Assembly (NCBI GenBank): GCA_000004985.1
Contig: GG738886.1
Source of the DNA: Naegleria gruberi
Taxonomy: Eukaryota
Direction: 5' to 3' (one strand)
DNA: 64,000 nt
The position numbers and the translations under genes were made by a program. Under the pieces are notes generated by a model, which saw nothing but the letters and a program-made list of their open reading frames with translations, had not been told where the DNA came from and ran no database searches. Below, one piece after another: positions 47,001 to 56,376 of the stretch (its first letter is position 1; the number at the start of each line of letters is the position of its first letter).

Positions 47001-50000
47001 CAGTAACAACACCATTAGCCTTACCGTCGAATGGAGATTGAATCAAAATTTTGGCTTCTTCTCCAATTTCATACATTCCTTTGTCTGCAACCAAGAGGGC
47101 TTGTTGCTTTGAAAGTCTTGAACCAACAACATCCTTCTTTGATTTACCACCAGTTACGTATAGGGAGTTATTTGAAGAGTTAGTTAAACCGGTTTCTGTA
47201 TCCTTAATTCTCAATGTGAACTTGTAGTTACCACCCTTATCGAAACTAATAGGATATTTGACTGGTTCAGATTCAGACTTGAATACCTTCTTGAAAACTT
47301 CAACAGATTCATGAACAACACTGAACCCCTTCTTCTTTTCAACGGTTGTTGTAGCAACCAGTTCCATATCAATACCAGGAATAGTATTACCTTCAAGATC
47401 AGTGGTAACCATGAATAAATTGGTTTGAACATTTGGTTTAACAAACATCTTTTCAATCTTCATTCCACAATAATATTTGCAAGGGTGAACAGTAAATGTA
47501 GTGGAATCATTAATAGTTTGACGATTAATATCTTGAACCGATGTTTCAACAGTAATGTTCATTGGAGATTTCTCTTGTCTTTCGGTTTCATCGAAGAGGA
47601 TTGCAATTTCATGTTCACCATCAGAATTACAAACACCTTCAAATGTAACTGGTTTGTAATTTTCACTTCCATAAGTATCATAACACCAATAACGATAAAA
47701 TGGATTTGAGATGTAAGTGGAGAAGTTGAAACCAGAAAAGTTTGGTGGGGTATAACTTGTCTTTGATTGTTTGATAACATAGGAACACTTTGAACCAGAG
47801 AGACCTCCACCTGAGTAGTATGCTGCTTGGGTCTTGAGAATTGTTAAGTTATTAACAATATATCTGCATGGTGGGACAGATGTTGAGACTGTAAATTCTG
47901 GAGTACGGAACTCTTGTACATTAAAGTTTGTATGCATTGTCCTACCGTTGAACTCAATGGAATGAGAGCCCAAGTTAACATTGTCTGGAATTGAAAACTT
48001 AATATCAAAGGAACCATGTTCTGAGATGGTGTATTTTCCAGTGTGATATTTTGCACCTCTAGAATCTTTAACAATGTATTCATAAGTTCCCTTTTTTGGT
48101 AGAGTTGGAATAGTTCTTGATCCGTACTTTTCAACCTTGAGTTCTCTACAAATACCCTTGATGAAAATCTCTTCTCCAGGTTTATAGAGTCCTCTATCGT
48201 TGAAAATATTATATGCTAATCTATCATCAATTCTGTAGTGATAAAGGTATAAATCTGGAATAAAGCAGGTATCATTCAAATAAGATCCAATCAGTGTATA
48301 TTCACTTCCGTTTGAGGTGTGACTAAGAACAGCAATTCCTGTTTCAGAGTCTGGTTTTGTGCTAAATGATGGAAGGAATTTCTTTTGTTTGAAACTAACA
48401 TCAGATTTGATGACAGTTCCATCAATTAAAGAATTGGCCCAACAGTAAACATTACCTGTTCGTGTATCGAAAAAGCCATCCATTGCCATCTTTGTCACCT
48501 GAATCCAGGAAATGTAAACTGGTCTGTATTTCCAATTATCTTTCCAATGTGTTTTGGATGGTTCAACTGCAACCAAAAGTTGACCTAACATGTCATTTGG
48601 ATGTTGTAAGTATTGGGTCAAGTCAATTTCTGTATCAACTGGTTCATCTGGTTGACCATTGGTATTTACCATAGTGTCAAGAACTTTTTTTCCAGAAAGA
48701 GATAATGTTGCATTGGAATAAGCATCATAGTAGAAAACATTGTTTGAATAATCACCTGGTTTAACTTGATAAACTTGGACATGGATAGCTTCAAGATTTA
48801 CACTGAATACGGAGAAGGATGGTTTAGTATTGACAGTAGGATCAATAACCATCATTCCGGTCTTGTAGGCTTGTAAAGATTGAGCTGCTGGTCCAACTTG
48901 GAAAGTAAAGTTATTTTCTCCTGCAAGTTTTTGTCCCCAAACATCTGTTATTTGACCAGAGAGTTGAACTTGGTATGTGGTACGTCCCTTAATATTACCA
49001 GATATTGTCAAGTAATTTCCAGATGGATTAATACGTAATCTTTCAATAGGTGGTTGAATACTTATATGTTCCTCATTTAATAATTCAATATCAATATTAT
49101 TACTAAATGTGAAAGAGAATGGTTCCAATGGAAGCTTTCCACCAGTATGGGAAGTAACTTTGAATTCTGGATAGTTTGTAGCTGTGAAGGAAATATCTTT
49201 TTCTGTTCTCAAAGGACCTTCAATAGATCTGGCTCCTTGCAATAATGTTATAGCGAGGGTTTCTGACAGGGCTACTCTCCTACTTGCTACATCAATTTCA
49301 ATCCAAACATGTCTATTTGGAGCAGAATTTTCCAATTTGTAATTTACAGAATTGTACAATGAGGATGATCTCTTTTCCAATGAAGATTCTTTAAGCTTTC
49401 CTTCAATATAACTCTTTACAACTGAAGTACGGCCATCATTTTGAACCAGCTTGCAAGAGTATCCAGGTATATTTACACTAGAAAAGATTTGGTTTGGATC
49501 AATATCTTGATCAAACTCCATATAAACAAATGGAAATTCGTTAATTGGAACTGCATGGTAACTATTTGGAAGATAGTTGAGCATTGTCAATCTAGGTGTT
49601 TCAAATTTAAAGGAAACATTCTTATCCAATACTCCTCCAACACTAGACTTGGTTTTTTCACAATCAATAGTGACTGTGTATTCCGTAGACATGTCAAATC
49701 TATAATTTGGTTCAAAGAATAAAGTCTTTGCACCCATCCATCTAAATCTACCACCATTCTTTGGGAATGGTTCAATTTTTACAAAAGAAAAATCTTGATC
49801 ATGAACATCTTCAACACCAGACACAGCAACCATTGGCTGAGAGAATGTGATGGAAATATGTGGCACTGATCGATCAACTGGACCTTCTGGCAAATATCTC
49901 ACCACTGCCAAACTTGATCCCAACAATGCTTCTTCTTCCTTTCTCACTTGTTCTGGTTTTTCCAATTTCTCTTCTGGTGGGAATGGAATTTCATTAACAT

Positions 50001-50334
50001 CAGCACTTCTTGGAGGTTTGAGGGTTTTTTCTCTCATGAAAAAGTCACCTTCTTCTGATGTTGATTTTTGAATTTGTGGCAATCTGGCCAATAATTTCTC
50101 TGTCAATTCATCACCAAGAGATTCAACACTTGCACCACTCTTTTGATCCTCATCCTTCTTGACAGAAGTTGCCTTTGATCCAAGTAAAATCATGGCAGTA
50201 GAATCTTCAGGTGTTGGCTCCCTAACATGAATATTCAACCCAACAGTGTAATCTTCATTATTTGCACCAAGAATGCTTGTCTCACTGCAAGGTTCCTCCT
50301 CTTCATAATCCATATCATCATCATAAAACACCAT
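44080..50334 (-). CDS. Alpha-2-macroglobulin/thioester-containing protein family member, single exon about 2085 aa
   Basis: Thioester-like region NYSFECCEQLSSKILSIVAL (CxEQ in place of GCGEQ). The thioester-domain region FPNGGFGWWTYRSDYSVSPYLSCHVGHAFARAKIAG and the domain order fit the A2M family. The acidic N-terminus (MVFYDDDMDYEEEEP) has no signal peptide. Confidence 0.8.
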   Translation of the reverse strand: MVFYDDDMDYEEEEPCSETSILGANNEDYTVGLNIHVREPTPEDSTAMILLGSKATSVKKDEDQKSGASVESLGDELTEKLLARLPQIQKSTSEEGDFFMREKTLKPPRSADVNEIPFPPEEKLEKPEQVRKEEEALLGSSLAVVRYLPEGPVDRSVPHISITFSQPMVAVSGVEDVHDQDFSFVKIEPFPKNGGRFRWMGAKTLFFEPNYRFDMSTEYTVTIDCEKTKSSVGGVLDKNVSFKFETPRLTMLNYLPNSYHAVPINEFPFVYMEFDQDIDPNQIFSSVNIPGYSCKLVQNDGRTSVVKSYIEGKLKESSLEKRSSSLYNSVNYKLENSAPNRHVWIEIDVASRRVALSETLAITLLQGARSIEGPLRTEKDISFTATNYPEFKVTSHTGGKLPLEPFSFTFSNNIDIELLNEEHISIQPPIERLRINPSGNYLTISGNIKGRTTYQVQLSGQITDVWGQKLAGENNFTFQVGPAAQSLQAYKTGMMVIDPTVNTKPSFSVFSVNLEAIHVQVYQVKPGDYSNNVFYYDAYSNATLSLSGKKVLDTMVNTNGQPDEPVDTEIDLTQYLQHPNDMLGQLLVAVEPSKTHWKDNWKYRPVYISWIQVTKMAMDGFFDTRTGNVYCWANSLIDGTVIKSDVSFKQKKFLPSFSTKPDSETGIAVLSHTSNGSEYTLIGSYLNDTCFIPDLYLYHYRIDDRLAYNIFNDRGLYKPGEEIFIKGICRELKVEKYGSRTIPTLPKKGTYEYIVKDSRGAKYHTGKYTISEHGSFDIKFSIPDNVNLGSHSIEFNGRTMHTNFNVQEFRTPEFTVSTSVPPCRYIVNNLTILKTQAAYYSGGGLSGSKCSYVIKQSKTSYTPPNFSGFNFSTYISNPFYRYWCYDTYGSENYKPVTFEGVCNSDGEHEIAILFDETERQEKSPMNITVETSVQDINRQTINDSTTFTVHPCKYYCGMKIEKMFVKPNVQTNLFMVTTDLEGNTIPGIDMELVATTTVEKKKGFSVVHESVEVFKKVFKSESEPVKYPISFDKGGNYKFTLRIKDTETGLTNSSNNSLYVTGGKSKKDVVGSRLSKQQALLVADKGMYEIGEEAKILIQSPFDGKANGVVTVCLNSVIDNIPITIDPEVGSTEFTLKITKEHIPNVTVSVMLQGSESRSDSLGLPLDLPKQPAYANGTCYIGVSSKVHQLDVLVTPEKQFVTPGVETFVDVLVTDKENSKPQAGSEVCLVAVDEAVLSLTGYRISNPLSTFIVGTGQSFSEFSLRDHVFVKSFDNINIQSPPEDSSDEEECDDDECECCKCEGCLCRSCCCYDDCDCQEEVQERKSCKKSKKRCEEKECEECNDDAGGCEGGEEVGSAIVVRKNFNPVAVFSPVCVTDAQGKARVPFKLPDNLTRYRITAVSTKLDSLYGLGESSIVAQLPLAIRPSLPRFLNFGDKAEFACVLQNQTLIDLNVHIAVAYDGLELLDPSKRGLNVKIPALKRAELRFPMQATKVGISKFQVAVSVSELINFSDAVEKELRVFTPATTEAFAHYGELDGDCTTFQPVKAPENIYPQFGGLQITTSSTALSALTDAFLYVYNYSFECCEQLSSKILSIVALKDVLQAFKVKDIPSSIMLNSTVQLSLGILNGRQFPNGGFGWWTYRSDYSVSPYLSCHVGHAFARAKIAGYSLNNNVVSKLTNFLCDIENYIRDTYYSPSSKYAIRSYAYYVAALLGDSRAKQKADQLYSECGLKDTCLETLSWTASAMFFANGKEATTKSTEIVNYILMRVNETAQTANFVTSYGDEQSSKLIMLHSDRRTDGICLEMLIHMVPQNNLIPKVVKGLLAHKKKGRWGNTQENVFILLALNSYFHVFEGVTPDFTAKMWLGEDYCGEQVFKGRNKDENVLTIPMRQLTTTEGAQTLAILKEGPGRLYYRIGMDYAPKNLLLPALDYGFQIERSYEGVTDPSHAQFDKARNCWKFKAGELVRVIITFTNTSRRYHVALVDFLPAGLEPINPELKGNAPSGEVKKSRCWWNYPWYEHVNSRDERVEAFSSLLWEGTHTFKHLCRATQIGSFIIPPTKCEEMYSPEIFGRSNTIFAEVYE

Positions 50335-50573
50335 TTTCTCTCCTATTAAAATTAAATAAAAATTATAATTATCAATCAAAAGAATGTTGCTGTATTTTTT
50401 TTGATCTGTTGGGAGTTGGAGATCGGCACCTATTTTATGCCTGTTCGGATGAACTTGTGTGGATAAGGAGGCGAACAGGGAATCATTAAAAGGAAGAACA
50501 TAATGAGCATTTCAAGATGTAATAACTCTCATTGTGTGAATGGCACACTGAGAGTAATTGATGAACGAAAAAT

Positions 50574-51700
50574 CTATTCTAAAGGTAGTCTATAAACAAA
50601 GTTATCTATTGCTGCCTGGTATCGTAGACGGTCTTGCTGAGATTGTTCTTCATAGTATTGTAATTGTTGTGTGGAGAGTTTTTCCCATGCAGCAGAGATT
50701 TCTGAATAATCAATATCCCATGTTGGATTGATTTTTCTCTTCTCTTCTGTGTACTCTTCGGTAAAGACAAGAAATGGAGCTCTAATGAAATGGGTTCTCA
50801 TTAAATAGGAAGCTTTGTCTTTTCTTGATTCTGGAATGAGTGCCATGTGCAAGTCATTGAATAATTTCACTGGTTGAGTGATTAATCCATTACAATTAGG
50901 TGATCCTGTAATTTGTAAAAAATCTGATAGTAATTTCTCATTTTGAATTTCCATATTACTAAAGGTTGCATGAGTAAGGAAGACGTTAGTTATTACGCCA
51001 TAAAATTCACCATTATCCCTCATGCAGACCAAAAATCGATGAGTACAGAGGAAACAAAATCCAACCCTGAATACATTTTGTAATCTCCACTCTTTTAACA
51101 CAAGTTTCAATTTTTCTTTTTCATCATCTAACAAGGCACCAATTGTTAATTTCATAGTTTCATCAAGATCTTTCAGTCCTATCTTTTTCAAACTCGCAAT
51201 TAAACTCAATACTTTCCAATAAAAATGTTCTTTCCAAGAATATCCCAATAAACTCAATTTTTTCACAGCAGATGAATCTTCCAATATGTTGAAAATTTCT
51301 CCTAATGGCATTGGAGATCCTGCAGACAAATCAACTCGTTGATAATTATCCAAATCACATCCAATCCTATCAAGAGAAAGTAATGGGAACTCTTCACTCA
51401 AATTCTCAACATGACACACAATATTAGAAAAGTAATATTTGCAAAACTGCTCACTCGTAATAAAGTCATTCCACTTCCGACAGACCATTCTACACGGATC
51501 AGTATTTAATGATGATGATTTAGAAACTTCTTCATGATCGGAATTCTGAATTAGTAAATGAATAAATCGATAGCTATATAAAATATTATTGATATGAAAT
51601 AAATACTAACACACAATAACAATTCACACGGATGAAAATATGTAAAGACATGAACAATAATTTCATCTTGTTCAAACCAGGCCTTTGCTTGCTGTTCCAT
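50574..51700 (-). CDS. F-box protein; join(51700..51611,51534..50574)
   Basis: Exon 1 is MEQQAKAWFEQDEIIVHVFTYFHPCELLLC (the N-terminal half of an F-box). After a 76-nt GTTAGT..TCAG intron, exon 2 continues ...MVCRKWNDFITSEQF (the C-terminal half). The acceptor choice is uncertain. Confidence 0.45.
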
Positions 51701-51857
51701 TTTATTATTGTTGCTTTTCCAAGAGCGCCCAAAGTTTTCTCGTTGTTACCGTTACTATTTTTTAATTTTTAAATTTTTAAAAAAAACCTACATCATCAAA
51801 TGAAGCTTGAGGAGTACATGTTCATCATCATTCCAAGATGTGTGGAGTAAAAAGAAG

Positions 51858-52772
51858 TTATTGTAGGGAGCATCGCTTTTTCTTTCTTTTTGGTACAGAT
51901 ATTGCATGAGTCATTAATGCTGATTTTATACACAACTCTACAAACTGTGTCATAATTTCATCACCATCCTCCAATGATGAAATTTCATAATAGGTCAGGC
52001 ATTTGTGTTCCTTACAAAACTTGATAGCATTCTGTACAGTAACATCATCCTCTTTGGTTTTTAAATCCTTTTGAGTTCCTAATATTAACATTGGAGTGTG
52101 TGGCATGTAGTGATTGGCGTAGGGAAGCCACTTTGATTTGATTCTTTCTAAACCGTATACACGTCTGAATGGGAATGTTGCCACAAAGAGATCACTTCCA
52201 AACATTAAGAGAGGAATCATTCGTTCATAATCCATATCAGAAACATCTACAAAATCAATACAGAACTTTCTTCCCTCAATGGAAATGTGATATTGGAATT
52301 GATTATCTAAATTGTATTTACCCAACCTCTTCAATAGATCGGTTACACCAGAATGGTGATCACCTAAAACAGCCACTTTGAAATGAGGTAGTGGACATTT
52401 CAATTCTTCCACTGATTTTTGTAAAATTTTGTCATAGCTTTCGTATTCATAATTTTCAGTAAATTTCAATAATTCCATTCCACACACTTGCAAATAGTGA
52501 AGATAATAATTTTCTTTCGGATCTTCTTTCATTAAAATAGAATAGTGGCATGCATATCCATATTCCAATACTGGTTTTACTTTCGAATAATTTTCCAATT
52601 TCCTATCGTAATGTTTCTTCCACAATAAATCACTCGATCCAATCACATAAAACTCCTTACAAACCATCATGTAATTCACCAAACTCTTCACATTAATAAA
52701 CGAACAAATCAGCATCCACTCATCATTCGAAACACGTTGATGATGATTCATTTTTTTGTTATCAAATTTCAA
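51858..52772 (-). CDS. F-box + Rho-family pseudo-GTPase fusion with C-terminal CAAX box
   Basis: N-terminal F-box DEWMLICSFINVKSLVNYMMVCKEFYVIGSSDLLW. The Rho/Rac-like domain aligns with Rac1 throughout (FKVAVLGDHHSGVT...IDFVDVSDMDYERMIPLLMFGSDLFVATFPFRRVYGLERIKSKWLPYANHYMPHTPMLILGTQKDL). The P-loop Lys/Ser and switch II DTAGQ are lost. It ends with the CAAX box CSLQ. Confidence 0.6.
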   Translation of the reverse strand: MKFDNKKMNHHQRVSNDEWMLICSFINVKSLVNYMMVCKEFYVIGSSDLLWKKHYDRKLENYSKVKPVLEYGYACHYSILMKEDPKENYYLHYLQVCGMELLKFTENYEYESYDKILQKSVEELKCPLPHFKVAVLGDHHSGVTDLLKRLGKYNLDNQFQYHISIEGRKFCIDFVDVSDMDYERMIPLLMFGSDLFVATFPFRRVYGLERIKSKWLPYANHYMPHTPMLILGTQKDLKTKEDDVTVQNAIKFCKEHKCLTYYEISSLEDGDEIMTQFVELCIKSALMTHAISVPKRKKKRCSLQ

Positions 52773-53057
52773 CTGTCCTTTTTCTTTCTTCCAAAACTAA
52801 TTGATCTTGTAATTATTATTGATTTGAATTGTAAAATTAAGATTTATTAGCAAAAAAATGAAAAGAAAGGTGGAATGCATCGAATCAGGCAGAGAGAATG
52901 ATACTTCGGAAGTTTATCAACCTAAGCAACAGTATAGAAAATTAACTTCCACTTCATCTCCTTCTGCCTCGACATTATCTACTTCTTCATCGGGGATTGT
53001 TGGGAATTCTTGTCATAATAATTATTTATTTGATGATGAATTTAATATAATGGATCG

Positions 53058-54786
53058 GTGACTGTAATTTTGAGTGATTTCTTGTTGAGAGGAATGTCCT
53101 ATGATGATACTGATCATTTTCCTCAACAACATCGATGGCTAACAGGTAAATTCCAATCTCAAACCAAAGGGAAGCTTAAGTGGATGAAAAGAAGGGATGA
53201 ATTGTTTGAGAAACGTTCGTCATTCATTCCGATAGAATTTTGCCATGATAAGGAATTGGTTTTGCACATGTTTAAAACAATAGAAATAGATGCACATGTA
53301 TTTGATTGCATTCAAGCTGATGTGATAGACAATGATTTGCTTGTTAGAATTATGAATAGATTGAATGATAGTTCAGTTAGATCTGAAGCAATAGATAATT
53401 TTATAGAACTTTTCAAAAGGTATAATATTACCTTAGACGGAAATTCAAAGGAAGGAAAGGAATTTGTTTCAGCCTATGAGATGGAAAATGGCAAGTATGA
53501 AACAGCCTTAAAACTATTCATAGCAAGTGGGAACGTCTCTAATATATTAAGACAAGATGTTGATTTCATTTACGACGTATTTAAACATTTTAATGGAGAT
53601 GAAAGAATGTTACATATTGTACTTTATTTTTGTATGGCAGATAAGGATGCTTTGCTTAGGTTCGCAGAGATTAATCCACATGTGGTGGCTTGTGCATCAC
53701 AAGAATTTCAACAAGATGAGAACTTTCTTAGAGAACTCATTGATACGAACACTGACTATCTGAAACATTTAATATTTGCTACCGAACACGACAAGAATAG
53801 TGCAAAAGCAAAGAAATGCAGGGAAATATTATCAAATGATTCGTTGAGAAGAAAGATGGAGAATGACGAGAAGTTTATACTACATTATTGTGCTGTCGAT
53901 CCTGAACTTTTCAGGTTGATCTCTCCAAAATTACTAGTTGACAAGAAATTCTTATTCAACATATTGGAAAAGATAGAGAAATGCCCTTTTGCATTGTCTA
54001 CAGTTTTGAATCATATTCCAGAAGTCATGAAAAGCGATTTTGATATTATGTTAAAGGCAGTTAAGATAGATCCTATCTCTTTTATGCATGCTTCTGATCA
54101 GCTAATGCATGACCAAGAATTTGTATTGAAATGTCTTGGACGGTATTCTGATCTAATATTTCCAATGATTCCTAATGAATTCCTTCAAGATAGAGAATTC
54201 CTTATGGAGATGTTGGAAATAAATGGAAGCTTACTTGAGTATGCTCCTTCTGAATTCCAAGGTAAGTTAATAATATTACACATTCTAACAATGTTAAAAA
54301 GATGATGAAGAGATGGTTCTTCAAGCCTTAAAATCTGACGGTGGTTCAATTGATTTTGTCTCTACACGGCTTAAAAACGATAGAGATTTTCTATTAAAAG
54401 CCAAGAAGCAAACAAATCTATATGTGAACCTGCTATCGAGGGCTATTGTAAATGATGAATTCTTACTGGAATCATTAGAATCACCATTTGTGGATGATGT
54501 TTATGAAGAAATAGAAGCACGAGGCTTAAGGGACAATTATGACTTTATGAAAGAAGCCATAAAAAGAGTGTATAGTTACACTGAATTACCAGATAATTTT
54601 AAAGCGTTGAAGGAAATGTCATTATTGGCAATATCAGTTGATGGTAGAGAATTAAAGTATGTTCACCATAAGGATGACCTTGAGGTTCAAAAGGCTGCCG
54701 TGAACCAAAATGGATATTTCATTAAGCAATCACAAGAATTGTTGGACTATAGGTTAGAATGTGCATATTTTGGATGCAAGATTTGA
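53058..54786 (+). CDS. DUF4116-like repeat protein; join(53058..54261,54302..54786), with a possible 5' exon at 52858..53061
   Basis: Repeats such as FILHYCAVDPELFRLISPKLLVDKKFLFNILEK and LLEYAPSEFQ|DDEEMVLQALKSDGGSIDFVS. A 40-nt GTAAGT..AAAAAG intron (54262..54301) keeps the repeat periodicity. Confidence 0.55.
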
Positions 54787-55128
54787 TAAAAAATCATTTA
54801 TTCAGTTCACTTAACAAATGTAACAAATCTCTCCTCAAAACATTACTCCTGGTCCATTTGGATTACAATCTAATATTCTAAAATAAAACCCCGCTCTTAT
54901 TAAGGAAGGGGTTGTATATTGATATTTGCCAATAAACTGTATATACAGGGGAGTTACAATCGACTGTTAGGTCCCAACATGCAGAGATTTTCAACACATA
55001 GAATATAGAGAGTGCATGTTAATAAATCTTCAAAACAGTAATGAACTCGTTACTGGGAGGATTTTATCCAAACCACTTCCACATTTCCAACCTCCATTAG
55101 TTAGCGATCACACAATTATCTTAAAAAA

Positions 55129-56220
55129 ATGAAACCATTCACCACTTCTACTTCATCACTGGTATATTTAATGGTGATAAGTTGTGTGGCATGTTCATGC
55201 GTATGTATGATGGTTCATGCAGCCTCATCCACCTCTCAGTGCAGTAACATTACCATCCAGACTCATGTTGATGAGTTGGAGAGGGAAATTGCAGAGCTCA
55301 CATGTATTCAAAACAGACTCTCCAATGTCATCTCAGCCCTCAACATGAGTGCTTCAGTGAATGGCCAAATAATTAGAACAAGACAACGACAATTAGAAAA
55401 GATTTCCACTGCCTTATCCTTACTTGTTCAGGAGAGCACGTTCCTTAAGAATGTAACAAATCCAGTTTCTACTATTGTTTCAACAACTTCAAACATTGTC
55501 TCTACAAGTCAAGGGTTTATGTTTGGTGATGGAAGAAAAGCTCCTTCTTGTAGACAATACAGATATCCTGACTATCCATATCAATACGAAAATCAAGGAA
55601 GTGGACTCTATGTTATTGAGCCATCTCCAAATTTGATCATGGTTGTGTATTGCGATATGACTACTGATGGAGGAGGGTGGACACTTATTGCAGGTATTCG
55701 TTCTGATTATGAAGGCATTCACTATCACACATTTGAGGATTCAACAGCTATTTCAAGCTCGAATGTGACTTCGTTCCATATCAAGACACAAGCTCTGCTA
55801 GCCAACTCCACTCAAGTTAGAGCTGCCTCAGATGCAACTACAAATCCACAAACTGCTTTTTATACTTCCAATTGGCCATACAGTGCCTCTTGTACCATAA
55901 CCACTAGCTTGAGAAATGCCATCCAAAATACTCCAACAAGTGTTAATGGAGATTTACCAGCAAGTTGTAAGATCCTAACTGGATTGACTCAAGTTCCCAA
56001 TATTTTCACATATGGAAAAACATGTAATGGCCATTCGACAGGTTTTCGTTTGGGTTTCGCACATGGGAATTGTGTTGGACATTTGAGTGAATCAAGTTTT
56101 ACAACATTTTCTTTCAGTGGAGCTGCAGAAGGTGGTTTAAGCAGTGCAAGTACTGAAAAAGGTGTTTTTTATAGTTTTAATGGTGAAAAAAGCAGAAATG
56201 GAGCCATTTTTTTAAGATAA
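55129..56220 (+). CDS. Secreted fibrinogen-related-domain (FReD) protein with N-terminal coiled coil
   Basis: Signal peptide LVYLMVISCVACSCVCMMVHA and a heptad-rich segment. FReD core: SCRQY...GSGLYVIEPSPNLIMVVYCDMTTDGGGWTLIAGIRSDYEGIHYHTFEDS. Confidence 0.65.
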   Translation: MKPFTTSTSSLVYLMVISCVACSCVCMMVHAASSTSQCSNITIQTHVDELEREIAELTCIQNRLSNVISALNMSASVNGQIIRTRQRQLEKISTALSLLVQESTFLKNVTNPVSTIVSTTSNIVSTSQGFMFGDGRKAPSCRQYRYPDYPYQYENQGSGLYVIEPSPNLIMVVYCDMTTDGGGWTLIAGIRSDYEGIHYHTFEDSTAISSSNVTSFHIKTQALLANSTQVRAASDATTNPQTAFYTSNWPYSASCTITTSLRNAIQNTPTSVNGDLPASCKILTGLTQVPNIFTYGKTCNGHSTGFRLGFAHGNCVGHLSESSFTTFSFSGAAEGGLSSASTEKGVFYSFNGEKSRNGAIFLR

Positions 56221-56376
56221 TACCCTCCTTTTGTGAATGAAACAATTCCTTTATTTGGAACTTATTTTTACAAATAAAGTAATTTTTCTCCACCACAATT
56301 CTGACTCCTTGTTCCTTTGAATAAAAGAAAATGAATTTCTTTTTGAAATCACAATAATTATAATTATTTAAAAAAA

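Noticed and set aside
52858-53061. 67-aa ORF immediately upstream of the DUF4116 gene as a 5' exon
   Set aside because: The only GT..AG that would join it to 53058 is 17 nt long, which is too short. It is left as a possible upstream ORF or 5' UTR, not annotated as CDS.
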